Assembly (NCBI GenBank): GCA_013239625.1
Contig: MU054187.1
Location: 5,653,757 to 5,717,756 of the forward strand
Direction of reading: 5' to 3'
Length of the DNA: 64,000 bases
Origin: Lama guanicoe
Taxonomy: Eukaryota
Shown here piece after piece: positions 39,679 through 52,000 of this stretch (positions within the stretch are counted from its first letter, which is position 1; each line of letters opens with the position of its first letter). Below the pieces are notes generated by a model. That model saw only the letters and a list, made by a program, of their open reading frames with translations. It did not search any database and had not been told where the DNA came from. Made by a program: the position numbers and the translations under genes.

Positions 39679-39703
39679 GCAATTTTGCACCGTGCAAAAT
39701 TGC
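39679..39703. repeat. Perfect 12-bp inverted repeat with 1-nt spacer
   Basis: GCAATTTTGCAC-C-GTGCAAAATTGC. Confidence 0.95.
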
Positions 39704-39880
39704 AGCCTATTGCCAAATTTAAATCAGAAAGCAAGAGGGAATAGGGACTTTGGAACATTAAGCTCTAATACCATTGAGAAAACTAAAAGGTCAGACACAG
39801 AGACTCACTAGATTGACTTTGGCAAAACTCACAAACTTTGTCACGACAATAAAGTTATTAAAATTGAAACTGAAATTGGA

Positions 39881-40153
39881 ATGGAAATAGTGCAGACACC
39901 AAGAACCAGAAAAACATCACAGAAACTAAGGAGCCAAACTTTTCCCTAGAGAAAGTGGAATTAAAAGTCATTGCTGTAATGAAACATGAAGAGGTTATGT
40001 TTGGAAATATGTCAAAGAACCTTTTTTATTTAAAAAAAAAGTTTTAAAGGCTATTTAGTAAAAATATCAATTTACTGAAAACGGATATTCCCTAGATAAC
40101 CAAAATGTGGGTTTCGTGGCAATCAAGTGTTGATCAGGCCTGAAGAGTTAGAG
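39881..40153 (+). pseudogene. Decayed Myb/SANT-like DNA-binding domain ORF (NAIF1/TSNARE1/MSANTD type; PIF/Harbinger-related)
   Basis: Manual translation with two frameshifts: MEIVQTPRTRKTSQKLR/PNFSLEKVELKVIAVMKHEEVMFGNMSKNLFYLKKKF*RLFSKNINLL.../VAIKC*SGLKS. It matches the remembered family pattern RKxNFS...E...V.KH..LFG...KxxxW...IN...KKWSDLK, with stops at both conserved Trp positions. Confidence 0.55.
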
Positions 40154-41327
40154 GTGAGCATGCAATTACCAATCCTGAAGAAAGTGTTTAAAAAATGAAG
40201 TCAGACCACATTTCAAGGGGCCTCAGAGTGTTAATTCACTTCACACACTGGGCTGTTTAAAAGAAAACACAATCGTTTCCTCCCCATGGCATTGGTTTTG
40301 TCCAAGGCTAGCTCTAAAGAAGCAGAATTGCTGCCGATCCATGTGATCTGATTCAAAGAAATACCAAAATCCACCCTGCAAAATACAGCGCCACTATCTG
40401 CCATCACCTCATTCTCTCCTTTCCTTTGGTCCACAAGTATTTCCTTGAGATTCACTGCATACGTTCATTCGCTTTATGGCTTTTGGAGGACATCAGAGAT
40501 CATCTTGCATATAGATCTCCAGCAAAAGAGTTGACAGTAGAAACTGAGGGATGTTGAAAGTAAGACCAATTATCTCAGTGTGTAGTTGTTCTGAGCATTT
40601 TATGTCTTGCGACAAAATATGCTTCTCTGTCCTTCCCATGATACTAGCCTCCCATACGCTAGCAACCTCTCTTCTCAGGATGACTGTCACTGTCTCCTCT
40701 CTCCCCAAATCCCCAACACAGAACATGCTTCCAAGCATTTCTAGGTATCTTAATTGGCTGTGGTCAAGTTCTAGCTAATGCAATGAAAAATACTTTTCTG
40801 CCCTGACTTTTCTATCCAGGCAAATTTATGGAAGGCAGTTTGACCACCTCCATTATGTCATCAGACAGCGGCGATGTTTTATAGTCCCTCTGGAGAAAGC
40901 AATCTGCAAGAACTCTATCACTGTTGCTTGGAAGGTAGCATCTTCACAGTGCTTTTAACAGCTGTATCACTTTTTACTGGGCTTACCTAGAAATAGTTTG
41001 AAGGTCCAATCATCACCGGCTAATAGCAGGGAACACAGTGGTAGTCAAATTGAGATCTCAGATGTCTCTATAAACACACCTGAAAGCGCTGGTCACCTCT
41101 CAGGGTACCATCGTAATACATTTACTTCTACAGAAGAATCATGAGAATTAGTTGTAGTAAATCAAATCTGTAGCATCAGATTGTAAGGACTCCTATATTC
41201 GATAAATCTCTAAGTCCTTAATTAGAACAAAGTAGGAATTATTTTAAATTGCCATGTCTTTGGCAAGATTTTAAAATTAATTACAGGTGTAAGAATATAA
41301 TACATATACATATATACACATTTATAC

Positions 41328-41329
<2 letters not shown>

Positions 41330-41363
<34 letters not shown>
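41330..41363. repeat. (TA)n microsatellite
   Basis: Direct TA run. Confidence 0.95.
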
Positions 41364-41367
<4 letters not shown>

Positions 41368-43539
41368 ACAAAGATATGCCAAGAGAAGCTATTTTCTTGG
41401 CAACTGAACATAAAGAATTCATTCTGAAAATTGTATCTGTAGAAAGTAAGATTGTGTCCAATATAGACAGCATAAGTGAAATCTTGTGAATTGCTTTGTA
41501 AATTGTACACACAGGAGAATGAAGGGGACAGGCATAAGATTATTTCCTAGCAAGCTAAATGTACAAGCATCAGGAATAAATGAAGATACGAATAGAAATA
41601 TAGCACATAAATACATACAATAAAGCCATACGAAAAATAGCTTTAGGTAAGCCAGATTCCATGGCCATAAAACTGAATTCTCCTGTTAATAAAAAGTTCT
41701 CCCCTAAATTGGCAGCAATAAATTCAAGAAGAAGAAGAAACTCCAAGTGGAAGTAGCTAAAATCAGATCTTTGATAAATGTAAGTGATTCAATTAAAAAT
41801 ACTTAATATTTACTGACTAGTCCCAATTTCAGTCACTTGGGAAGGGGAACAAGGATACCACTTTAAAATGCAGGTTTCCAGCCCGCAGGGCTTTATTCAC
41901 AGGGAAATACTTAAAAGTCTCTGCATCAGGAGATGGAATTGGCTTTACTTATTTTCACCTTTATTTGTAACTTATTCTCAAGCGGTTCTTTTCTCCCATA
42001 TTGAAAAGAAATTCCTAGAAACAAACCTACTGACAATGTGAGCAAGTCAACATTCCAAATAGATCTCATCTTTAGCACCTTTTACAATGTGCAGTATATC
42101 AGAATATACTGGCTAACAACACTCAAACCAGTATTTTTGATGACAACATTGGAGAAACTGTAGTGTGAGTCTTCAGGAGCTTGGCCCAGTGTCACAGCCA
42201 TCGCCACGTGTGCGCTCTGACAACACAGTCAAATGTTTCAACACGCTTAACACTCCACAAAGCCTATCACCTTAGACATGTCGACGACTAACATGCACTG
42301 AGTGGTTTCTTCACCCTGAGGTTAAAGGAACGTCTCTTTTTTAATTGCAAGTTCGGGGGTTTTTATTTATTTTTTGATATTCTCCCCATTAGGTTGCAAG
42401 TCAGTGAAAAGTATAAAATGTAAAACAAGAACAGCAAAGTTGGTGCCATGAAACAAATAGCCACTCACTCTGCTCCTTGATGGAAGCAGGATGTGAATAC
42501 AGAGTCATCCAGACAACTACTGCTGTGAAAGCAACCAATTAGAAGGGAAAACATAAACTCAGAGAAAACTCCCAATTGCTGTTCTCATTCACATCCACTA
42601 GGGTGAAGGTCCACTAGGCAAATGGACCATTGTTCTTCTCTGCTTCTGGAAATAGCCTCCTGGGAACCAAGGAGAAAGAGAGACCCTTGGAGTAGCCGAT
42701 GGCTCATAACAAGTGCCTCCTCAGCCCAGACAGTGACTTCTCAGGCTTTTTGGATGAGTTTTGCAGAGTAGGGAACCAACAGCAGTAGGTGGGAGCAACT
42801 TTAGAGACTGAGAGGGACCTAGAGGCTGGGATATGGAGCCTGAGCCCGTCACTGAGGGATGCTGGAGCAGTAGCCAACTCGGATGGGAAGCAATTCATCT
42901 GACCAAGATGCAAACTAACAAGTAAACAACACACATTCATGTCATTTTTGTAACAGACTGATAAACACAAGAGAATCTATACCTTTGCGAGAAGAAGCAA
43001 AGGAACACTTTCTGTAAGTGAACACGAGATGTTGAAAGCAATACCACCCAGAGCAGTAGCCAAGAGGAAAAATAATGTGTAACCAGATCAAATGCAATGA
43101 ATGGATGAAAGCATTTCTTACAGTCACCTCGAACCTAGTAGATAATTAGCAAATGCTGTTAACGCTCTCCACAGCAAGGTGAGAGATGCACTTGAAAGTT
43201 GACATCAGCAGAAAGACAGTTTTTCCACCCTTACTCATGGGTTACTACTGTTCTAACCATCTAAATCTTGCTTTTAAATCAAAATCCTGGAAGAACTGTA
43301 CGCTTCCCTCATGACTCTTTCACGACTCACTTTGCATCAGATTAAAAACTCACTGCCAAGTACGATGAAGTTCTACAAAGTAAGCCAGTCCTCCCGAAGA
43401 TGATGCAAACCAAGTGAGACTCTGGATCACCGTGGATGTAACATTATGATGATCATTCCCTCGCTCACTCATTCATTTATTCAACAGCGTACCTTCAGTG
43501 CATACTCATGGCATGGCTAGCGGAAACCGAAAAGTAGGA

Positions 43540-43642
43540 GCGTGGAGCACATGATGAGATAATATATGTTAAAATCCTTTGAAAAGAATAAAATGCCATA
43601 GAAATGACACAGGTGATGATGATGGTGGTGATGATGATGATG
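43540..43642 (+). repeat. MIR 3' fragment ending in a (GAT)n/(GGT)n repeat
   Basis: ATGAGATAATATATGTTAAAATCCTTTGAAAA followed by GATGATGATGGTGGTGATGATGATGAT. Confidence 0.55.
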
Positions 43643-44739
43643 CTACAATCATAGCCCATTGGGGAAAAGGCAACATAGTCTCTTTAAATAAAGGAAAATC
43701 ATGTCTGTCTATTAATATAAAAAGTGTTCATTTATTCGCATAACTTATTTGGATTTTCCAATAGCTAGCTTTTCAGGCTCTGTAGACAGTCAATTTTTCA
43801 GGCTCAAATCAGTTGACATAGTATTATGGGGAATGCTTTGTTTGGATGAGACACAGGTAAAAAGAATCTATGTCTTGGTATAGAGAAGCACTAATTAGAA
43901 TAATCTTACTTAGCAATGTTATAAATCACTCAGAAGAATTCAGGGTGAAGTCTTCCTGTTTGCAGCAACTCTCAGCTTCCAAACAATGACATAACAAGCT
44001 GGCTGGCATCAGTTAGATCTTGTGAGGCTGTGGCGTGAAAATTGACAATTAAATTTAATTATTAGGAATAAAAGGGGGCATAGAAGGAGAAAATCATGGA
44101 ACAATCATTTTGAGAGGATGGGTTCCAGCGAAAAAACAGAGAAGAACCTGGAGTGACACTACCGTCATCGCCTGCTTGTGCATTAACGTGGCCTTTGCTC
44201 TCAGACGCTCCTTTCTTCAATTGAGTTGTGCGCGTCCTTGTTTTGACAGGCATTGTCAAAATGTTTTAACACGTTTTTGGTTTGCCATCAAAATGAAAGG
44301 TTACTATGAACACAGAATGATGTGAAAACAAAAGAAGATTTCCAGGTTGTGTATTAGTGGAGCAAATATTTCCTGTTGGAGGAATGACTACAATTGCATA
44401 TTTTCTTTGAAAGCGACGACAAAAAGCATTTTGCAATGTAAGCAAGCGAGGTGCTCACAAATGGCTGAAGCTGGGGTCCATCTTGCTCCTGAGGAACATG
44501 CACAAAGTTGGCTGGTCACACACCAAGTAATGTGACCAAGGGCAGCCGATGTCACTTGATCCCTTCAAATACAAGAAAGAAATTTTAAAGTAAAAATAGG
44601 TTAAGGAGAGCTGATTTTGCATTCTCTGAGTCATAAATAAGACACCGAGTCTTCTTTTAATTGTCAGCTCTTCTCAAAGCTTTCTTGGGGAAGAAGATGG
44701 TATTTCTTACCATCAGTGGTGTATTAGAACTAGTAAAAT

Positions 44740-45130
44740 ACAGTCAGTGAATGTCTGGGGGGACCTCGTGTGAAAAGTGTTGCAAATGCACAGAGAGAAG
44801 AGCAAGGTGGGGGGGCAGAGGCTGCAGGGTTGAACCAGCAAAGGGTGAGATGTATATCCAGACAGGCAGGGCCACACGGCAGTTTTGTTGCTGTTGTAAG
44901 AGCGATGAGAGCATTTCCAGCAGAAACAGGGGTGAGGGTGGAGGTAGAGGGAAGAGAATCACATGTTTAAAGCTCACTCTGGCTGCAGTGCAGAGAAATG
45001 GCCCCAGTGGGTCCTGAGTGGATGGGGGACAGAGGTCAGCCACAGTGCTCCAAGCCAGAGGTGGAACAGCTATCACTTGGGAGGTGGCAGTGAGCAGAGA
45101 AGTAGACATTGTCCCGACTGCGGTATTTTA
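44740..45130 (-). mobile_element. L2 LINE fragment
   Basis: TTTAAAGCTCACTCTGGCTGCAGTGCAGAGAA and GGTGGCAGTGAGCAGAGAAGTAGACA. Confidence 0.65.
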
Positions 45131-45139
45131 ATAAGTATG

Positions 45140-45603
45140 TGTAATAGAGTATTTTAAGCTTTTCTACCTTGACTCAGTTGTGAGGCTCCAACTAGAGGCT
45201 GGTCAGTTCTTCCTGAGCAGCTGATTAAGTCCATCTCCCCAGCCCCCTCCCTTAGCGCCATGAGTGCACCCGCCCTGATCACCCCAAGGCAGGTACCGGA
45301 CCACCGTGGACAGCTCCCACTCCGCAAAGCCCACCGAAATGATTCAAACCAGCCAGTCCTAAGCCTGCTGACGCTGCCGGGCCTGTTTCTTGCTGTGGAC
45401 ACCACAGGAAGGGCTCTTGCCCCCCTCCCCTCGTTTCCCCTCGCTCCCTCTGCCTCCTCAGTGCATCCGCCATGTGGCCCCGCACGTGTGCTGCATTCTC
45501 CCTGGGGAAACTTGAGCATAACCAACTGTGAAACTCTAATTTCCTCTCTCTCTATGTACATCTGGCCTCACCACACCTCACTCAAGGTAATATGGTTAAA
45601 ACC
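45140..45603 (+). mobile_element. ERVL LTR of the MER54/MER73/MER74 group
   Basis: TGTAATAGAGTATTTTAAGC start, CCCTGATCACCCCAAGGCAGGTACC, GAAATGATTCAAACCAGCCAGTCCTAAGCCTGC, TTTCCCCTCGCTCCCTCTGCCTCCT and GGCCTCACCACACCT. Confidence 0.8.
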
Positions 45604-46699
45604 ATATAACCCTGTTAAATCCAAAAGGTAAATATTTAGGCAAGTCTCATATAGTCAAAATATTAGATAATGGGGGGAAAGGACAGTAGAAATTCACGGT
45701 ACAAACAAATGTGACTCAGAGACCAAATTTATTGAAAAACTTCTAAAGAGAGATGCCCCGTCTCCGAAAAACCAGTTACAATCTCCGTTCCTACCAGATT
45801 TGCAGACAAGTAGCAGAATTACTTGATCTAATTTTTTTATTTCATTTTATTTCTCCTGTCCATCAACCAGCAAAGATGCTAAAGAACAGTGAACATTTAC
45901 ATGTTCCAAAAGCAAGCAGAGAGGCAAGGAGGAAGAATAAAAGACCTGTTTCATCTTAAAATTAGATTAGTAATATTTGAATAATTGTGCTTTGACTAGA
46001 ATAATAGCATGGCTCCTGTCCATAACAGACCTTTGATAAAAGTTTGCTTGAGTGAATAAAAGAACCAGCAGATTCTTTAAACACAAAAAAGTCATTAAAT
46101 TAATATTAATTATGGGATGGAAAGTTCATATAAAATATATAACTCAAAAATACATTACATTCAAGAAAATGAGACATGTCCCTTTGACATGTGTTCATCT
46201 GTTAAGATCCCTAGAGTTGTGTTCACAGTTTAACCCAACTATCTTTATAGATCTACATATATGCATATTCATACACTTGAATAATTTTGCACATATTCAG
46301 TTTGGGATGTATTTATTCAGGCTGATCACGCTGCAAAGTCTGAGGTATCTGATGAGTATAAACCCAACTACAACACATGGAGGATAAAGCCCACGTTTCT
46401 AAATCTGTTTGCAATTCTGAGAAATTCTGCTTAGTTCAAAAGAGTTACTTCTGTTGGCAGGGATCCAACTGGGGTTTAAGATATTATGACATATACACTC
46501 GGAACAGATAAAAGCAAGAAGAAAGATACCAGCACTAAATAAGAGTGTCAGGATGAATTGCACACCGTTCTTCGGGATAGAATTTGGTTTTACCTGTGGG
46601 GAATCATCCCTAATATATAAGGCAAGAAAGGTGTAATTTAATATCTTAAACCAGCATTTCTGTACCTACAAGAAAAATAAAGTTAAAAATGAAGATCCT

Positions 46700-46945
46700 C
46701 TTGCTTATTCTTCGGGCTTCATATGAAATGTCATCTCCTTCAGGGACGCCTTCTTGGACAACCCAAGGTCCCTTTTAGCTGCCTCTGTACCATGCACTTA
46801 CACTTGTTTTATCACTTTTCAAATATTGTATACAAGAGTTTATTTACAAGTATACTTTCAGCTACTTTAGTGCTAGAAATGTATCTTATTTTCTGTAGCA
46901 GTGCATGGTAACCTTTCAATATATAAACAGTTCAATAAAATTCTT
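46700..46945 (+). mobile_element. L2 3' fragment
   Basis: AAATGTCATCTCCTTCAGGGACGCCTTC...TTCAATAAAATT. Confidence 0.5.
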
Positions 46946-47456
46946 TTAAAAATATATCACAAGTATGTTCTCATAACCTATTAATACTAAAATATAAAAT
47001 ACATTCTATAACGTAACATAAAATTTAAACCACTGACTCCGACTGGCTCTATTTCTAATGGTATTTGACTCCATTTGTGAAGACATAATAGAAAGACGCT
47101 ACATGGCCATTAACACAGCCAGTCGCACTCAGTCAGTCTCACTGAAATCCAGCAGGTGTCAAGATCATTTGTCAATTGCTATTCGGTCATCAAAATTTTA
47201 CTTCAGTCAGTAAAGATCCAAATGGTTTCCTTCATGTCTGCAAAAAGCACATCAGAAATGCCACTGTGACACACAAACTGGCACACACCGATAAATAAAT
47301 ATCCAAGCCAGTCACTTCTCAAGTGATATTTTGGGGTGTCTTATTAAGTACACATAGGCATGATGTGAAGTAACAGTTTGCATAGCCTTCCATTAAAACA
47401 TGAAGAATGATGCTCAAATTTCTGATTATTAGGCCAATTAAAAATGTTGGGATACT

Positions 47457-47541
47457 GGGTGGGGCATATAGCTCAGCGGTAGAGTGCATGCCCAGCGTGC
47501 ATTAGGTTCTGGGTTCAATCCCCAGTACCTCCATTAAAAAA
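47457..47541 (+). mobile_element. tRNA-derived SINE, Vic-1-like (short form)
   Basis: TAGCTCAGCGGTAGAG (A-box), GGTTCAATCC (B-box), CCAGTACCTCCATTAAAAAA. Confidence 0.88.
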
Positions 47542-47997
47542 TAAGTGCTGGTGTACAACAAAAGTTAAGGTTACAGCAGAAGTGTTCGTCCACTCCAGGG
47601 AGTGTTATATATTTTTCCAAAATGAATGGATTTCAGAAGAGTCTAAAAGAAAGTGTTGCTACAACAGCTCAAAATTGTTACTAATAAAAATAGAATTATA
47701 GTTACCACAGATGTGGGCGGGGCCGCTTTCATCCTGAGGGCCTCCTGGGTCATCCAGGTTACAGCCTTTAGCATAAGAGGACTCAACACTGACAGGACAA
47801 ATGAGTGAGTTACAAGGAGTGCAAACAACAGCTCAGGTCCAGCTAATGGAAAAATCATCCTGCTTCCTTGGCTTACAACTCTTCCTGTCATAGATGTTCC
47901 CATTATTTCTGTCCTCACTGCCACTTACTGCTACACTAGGAGAATAGAAGCTTCAGAACAAGTCAGAAAATTAAAAACAACAATCATGTCTAAATAG

Positions 47998-48132
47998 TGT
48001 CTGAAGGTGACAGATGTCAACTAAATCTATTGTGGTAATCACTTCATAAGATACACATTTATCAACTCACTATGCTGTATGCCTCAAATTTCACAATACT
48101 GTGTGAATTATATCTTAATAAAATTGGAAAAA
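47998..48132 (+). mobile_element. L1MB/MC extreme 3' end
   Basis: GGTGACAGATGTCAACTAAATCTATTGTGGTAATCACTTC...AATTATATCTTAATAAAATTGGAAAAA. Confidence 0.75.
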
Positions 48133-48310
48133 CTTGAGTCCTACAAATAGCAATAAAATGGTTAAACTAACAAATTTGAAGTCAAATATAATAAGAAAAA
48201 ATAGTTTCTAAAAATTAATAAAATATTTTAAAATAGTGAAACCAAATTTAAAGTGCTTATAGATATTAAGATGAGTGAATTTAAAAATAAGTAGCATCAT
48301 GTAAGAAAAT

Positions 48311-48793
48311 AAGTGGCAGACACAGCTGCCTGGACCAGCATTCCTTCTCCCCTTACCGCTTAGTCACAGAGCCCTGATTTTGCCCTGGGCACATCATCCA
48401 TCCAGAAGCCAGGTGCAATCAAGTGTCCATATTCTGACCGAGGAGTGTAAGCACCAGAGCTGCATGGGTTTATGGAGGGCTGCTTAAAATAGTTCAGCTG
48501 CTGGGAGGGCACCTTTTTGATTTTCTAATTTTACTCCTTTTCCAGGCTAGAGTTACAGCAGCCATCTTGGACCCCGAGTTGACCAGGAGTGTGGGAAGTA
48601 CGTACTAGGAGGAGCATCAGAAAAACTGGACCCTGATCCTTGATGGTGGTTGGTTACCCCGCCAGCCCGCCAGTGCTGCCTGCGGACATCTTTTATGCAA
48701 AGGGGAAAATCAGGTCAGTTTCTAGCTTCTTTCAGACACTGTTAAGTGAGATTTCCTGTTGTGTGTCCTTGAACATAAAATCCTAACTAAAAC
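48311..48793 (+). mobile_element. MLT1J-like MaLR LTR
   Basis: GTGGCAGACAC start, CAGAGCCCTGATTTTG, CAGCAGCCATCTTGGACC, and the end ATCCTAACTAAAACA. Confidence 0.75.
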
Positions 48794-48859
48794 AGAGGGA
48801 AAGTTCAGAGACACTGTAAGTAATCTGGAAAAACTAAAGCTAAAAATGAGCAAAAGTCT

Positions 48860-49095
48860 AAAACTAGAGGGCAATCACATGCACTAACATGATAAAGACT
48901 AAGAGCCATTAAGATGCAGAAGGCAACACAAAGAACCAATAATAGTGGACGAAAACTGTTGATGAATGTGAAGCAAAACGTTAGACAAACTAAGACAAAG
49001 ACAAAATTTAACAAAAGGCAATAGCTTAAGACAAATGTGTTGAGTAAACAGGACTGAAACCAACCTAAGATACCCAACAGGTGTCGTATTTCTCA
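48860..49095 (+). mobile_element. Possible RTE-clade (L4/RTE-X-like) endonuclease fossil
   Basis: A-skewed segment translating LEGNH/ALT**RLRAIKMQKATQRTNNSGRKLLMNVKQN...TKFNKRQ*LKT, loosely matching GDFNA...TNxNGxRLL....N....TxF...KT. Confidence 0.3.
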
Positions 49096-52000
49096 TGCCA
49101 AGATTCTTTTATAGGTGTCTCTGTTAACTGAGATTCCCATAGATAATCTTAAAGTAAAGGCTTATTGTATCAATTCATGCAACTGGTGTCTAAGCGTAGT
49201 TTTATTTTCCCTTCAGAGCAAAGTCACCCCACTATCTAAGAGATAAGGGGGTGTGGTCGTAAGCACAATTGCTCCAACCAAGAATATATCGGTATAAAAA
49301 TCTCACATCTCTAACCAGCAGCCATGGGGCAAGCACTGGGAAAGCCTTCCAGGCACATTTTCTTTCAAGGATGCTAATGTTAGTAGCTGTAATGTTTTAA
49401 TATAATAAGTAATATTTGCTGCTTAAGAAACTCAAAATCCAACTTATTCTTTATTTGGAAGTAAAATAATACATTTCTTAAAGGTCCCATATAGCATAGT
49501 TGATTTTTTTTTTCTCTAGCCTTAGTTTGTTCTGCAACTTTGGGTTTAAAAAATGTTTAAGTAAAATGCAGCCTTTGGTGTGACTTTTCTTTCAATTTCT
49601 AAGTCTAAAGACTCCAAGGTTTTAGAAAAAATTGCCTTTTCATGGGAGTAAAACTTGATGGATTCTAAACCAAGATTGAGCTGGCCGTGCTGAGAGAGGA
49701 CTAATGCATATATCTGAGGGCAGAGGGCTCACAGCCCAGAGGGTGCAGTTCCCTTCCCCCAGCCCCATGGGATGTGATAGGCAACATTTTCCAAAACTTT
49801 AGGTTCTATTAAAATATGTAATTTGTCGTCTCTAAGTATCTCAGAGACATGATACAAAGAACAAATAAATGACTAAATCCAGCTGATTAGCCTATTTCAA
49901 GTCGAGATAATTATTTGTAGAAAAATACACAATAATTTCTGTATAATGACTCTCTTAGTTAAGATTATCATAGTGATTTTCCCAACAGTTCATTATTAAA
50001 TGTGCAAACCCTTACGGGCAGTTGAGAAGAAAAATGTAACAATGTGGACATAAGATTTCATTCCCCATCCTTTCACTTCTTAATGCAATCTTTAACTCAC
50101 ACAATATTCATGGTGCTGAAGGCTAAGTATTTCTGAAGAGGGAAAATAAAGCCATAAAATGAAAATGCTAATGTTCGTTTAAGCTACCTGAAGCCTTGAC
50201 CCAGTGTCTTTAGCTCTGGCTCTGGCTGGTTTTCTCCACTGCACCTTCCCTCCTGCAGCTCCTTCCCTCTCTGCCTCCCCTAAGCCCACTGGCCGGGACT
50301 CCCGGGTGCCAGTGCCCATCTTATCCCATAGAATCAAACCATTGTGACATGGAATAATGGCGCTTCCCACCAACACCTCTGGGCAGACAGCATCCCAGGA
50401 CCCAGCCAGGTGGCCTTCATGTGGGACTGGGATAAAAAGGACAGGATGAAGGGACTGCCGGAGCACAAACAGGTGGCAGCTAGAAGTTACAGAGAATGAC
50501 TAGAAACTTGGTAGACTGGAAGTCAAAGTTGTATAATCCCCAAGATCCATGGAGCTGATCCTCATGAAACGCTCAAGATGCAGCAGTTGCATTTCCGGGC
50601 TGAATACAGATTGATGTGCGCGCTCCATGCCTGCAGGTGCACCGGTGCGTCTAGCATTTTTAGGGAATGATCTGTTCTAAATGAGTAACTATCCTAAATA
50701 ATACGTTTTCCCTCTTTTAGCAGCAAAGCTTTTGTGTTAACCATGTACAATTAAGCCTTAAAAAAAATAGTATTGCACTTCGTTGCCTTTTCAAACCAAG
50801 TGCATTGAAATACAACTTCATCTTTTTTGAGGATGTGGGGTAATTGTTATTAATATGGCTGGACGTCTCCCTACAGTATTAATATAACCGTGTAGCTATT
50901 GAACCTGCCACGTAGTGCGCCCCACGCACAAGGAGCCCAGCCGCCCTGCCTCTTCCGTCTCCCGGGCCTCCCATCCGCTTGGCTCTGCTCTTATTTCGGC
51001 CTGACTGCTGCTACTCTACTCCGTCATTGTGTCCCTGAACCTACAGCCCTGATTCTGAAAGTGATTCTTTGCCTGATACAGAAAAAAGAACAAGATGATT
51101 TTGACAGATTTTTCTCACTGTTGCTCAGCTTTTTCTCAGATCTCTGAGATCACTGCTGTGATCAAGAGACTCAGAGCTAATGAAATCCCCACCCCTCCAG
51201 ATCCATCTGTCTGTAAACTGGTAGTTCCACTGTACCAAGCGGCCAACAGTTTGATGTTAATTTAAGAGAATACATGTAGCCTTTGTTTATGTTTTATAAA
51301 AATTTTTTCCAGTGGCGGAAAAATTCCATCTTTACAGCCGCTCATTTTGTCATCACGTGATCTCCTGCAGGCTGTCAGTTCTGCGACTCCCCACCATCAG
51401 AGAAGGAATGACATTTAGAAGGAGAGAAGACAGGACAGCTGAATTCTGGCAGACGAGCCAATGATATTCTGCAAGAAAGGACAGCCAGAGAGGAAGAATC
51501 TGTATGCGAGCCTTTGGAGGTCAAGGGCGAGGCTGGCAAACACTGAGTGTCTGCGAGGAAGATCAGCAAGAAGGTGACAGGCAAGGAACCCATGAGGTTG
51601 CCTCTCCCCGTCTCCCCACACCATGTGGGGTCAGTCCTGGTTAGGCGGGGCACACACAGGGAGGGGATGTCAGAGGAAGCCAGACCACACTCCACACAGG
51701 AGCTCTGAAATAGACACAGAGAGATTCTGTCGTGAAGGTGTATCCAAGATGGGTTTTTAAATGATGAAGTTGCTTACTCTTATGCCTGTGTTACCCCAGA
51801 TGGACTGGCGGCAGGTGCAATGAGAACTTAATGGCTGAAAACATCACTAATGGATCTCTTTAGAAGGAATTATTGCTTCATTTCAACCAGAGCTTATTAT
51901 TTTAAAAATTCAATTCACTCATGACATATAAAGTCATATTTTTGGCCCCATAAACAGCGATCCTGGTAAATGTAGGGGGAGTACTAGGAGCAAGAACCTA

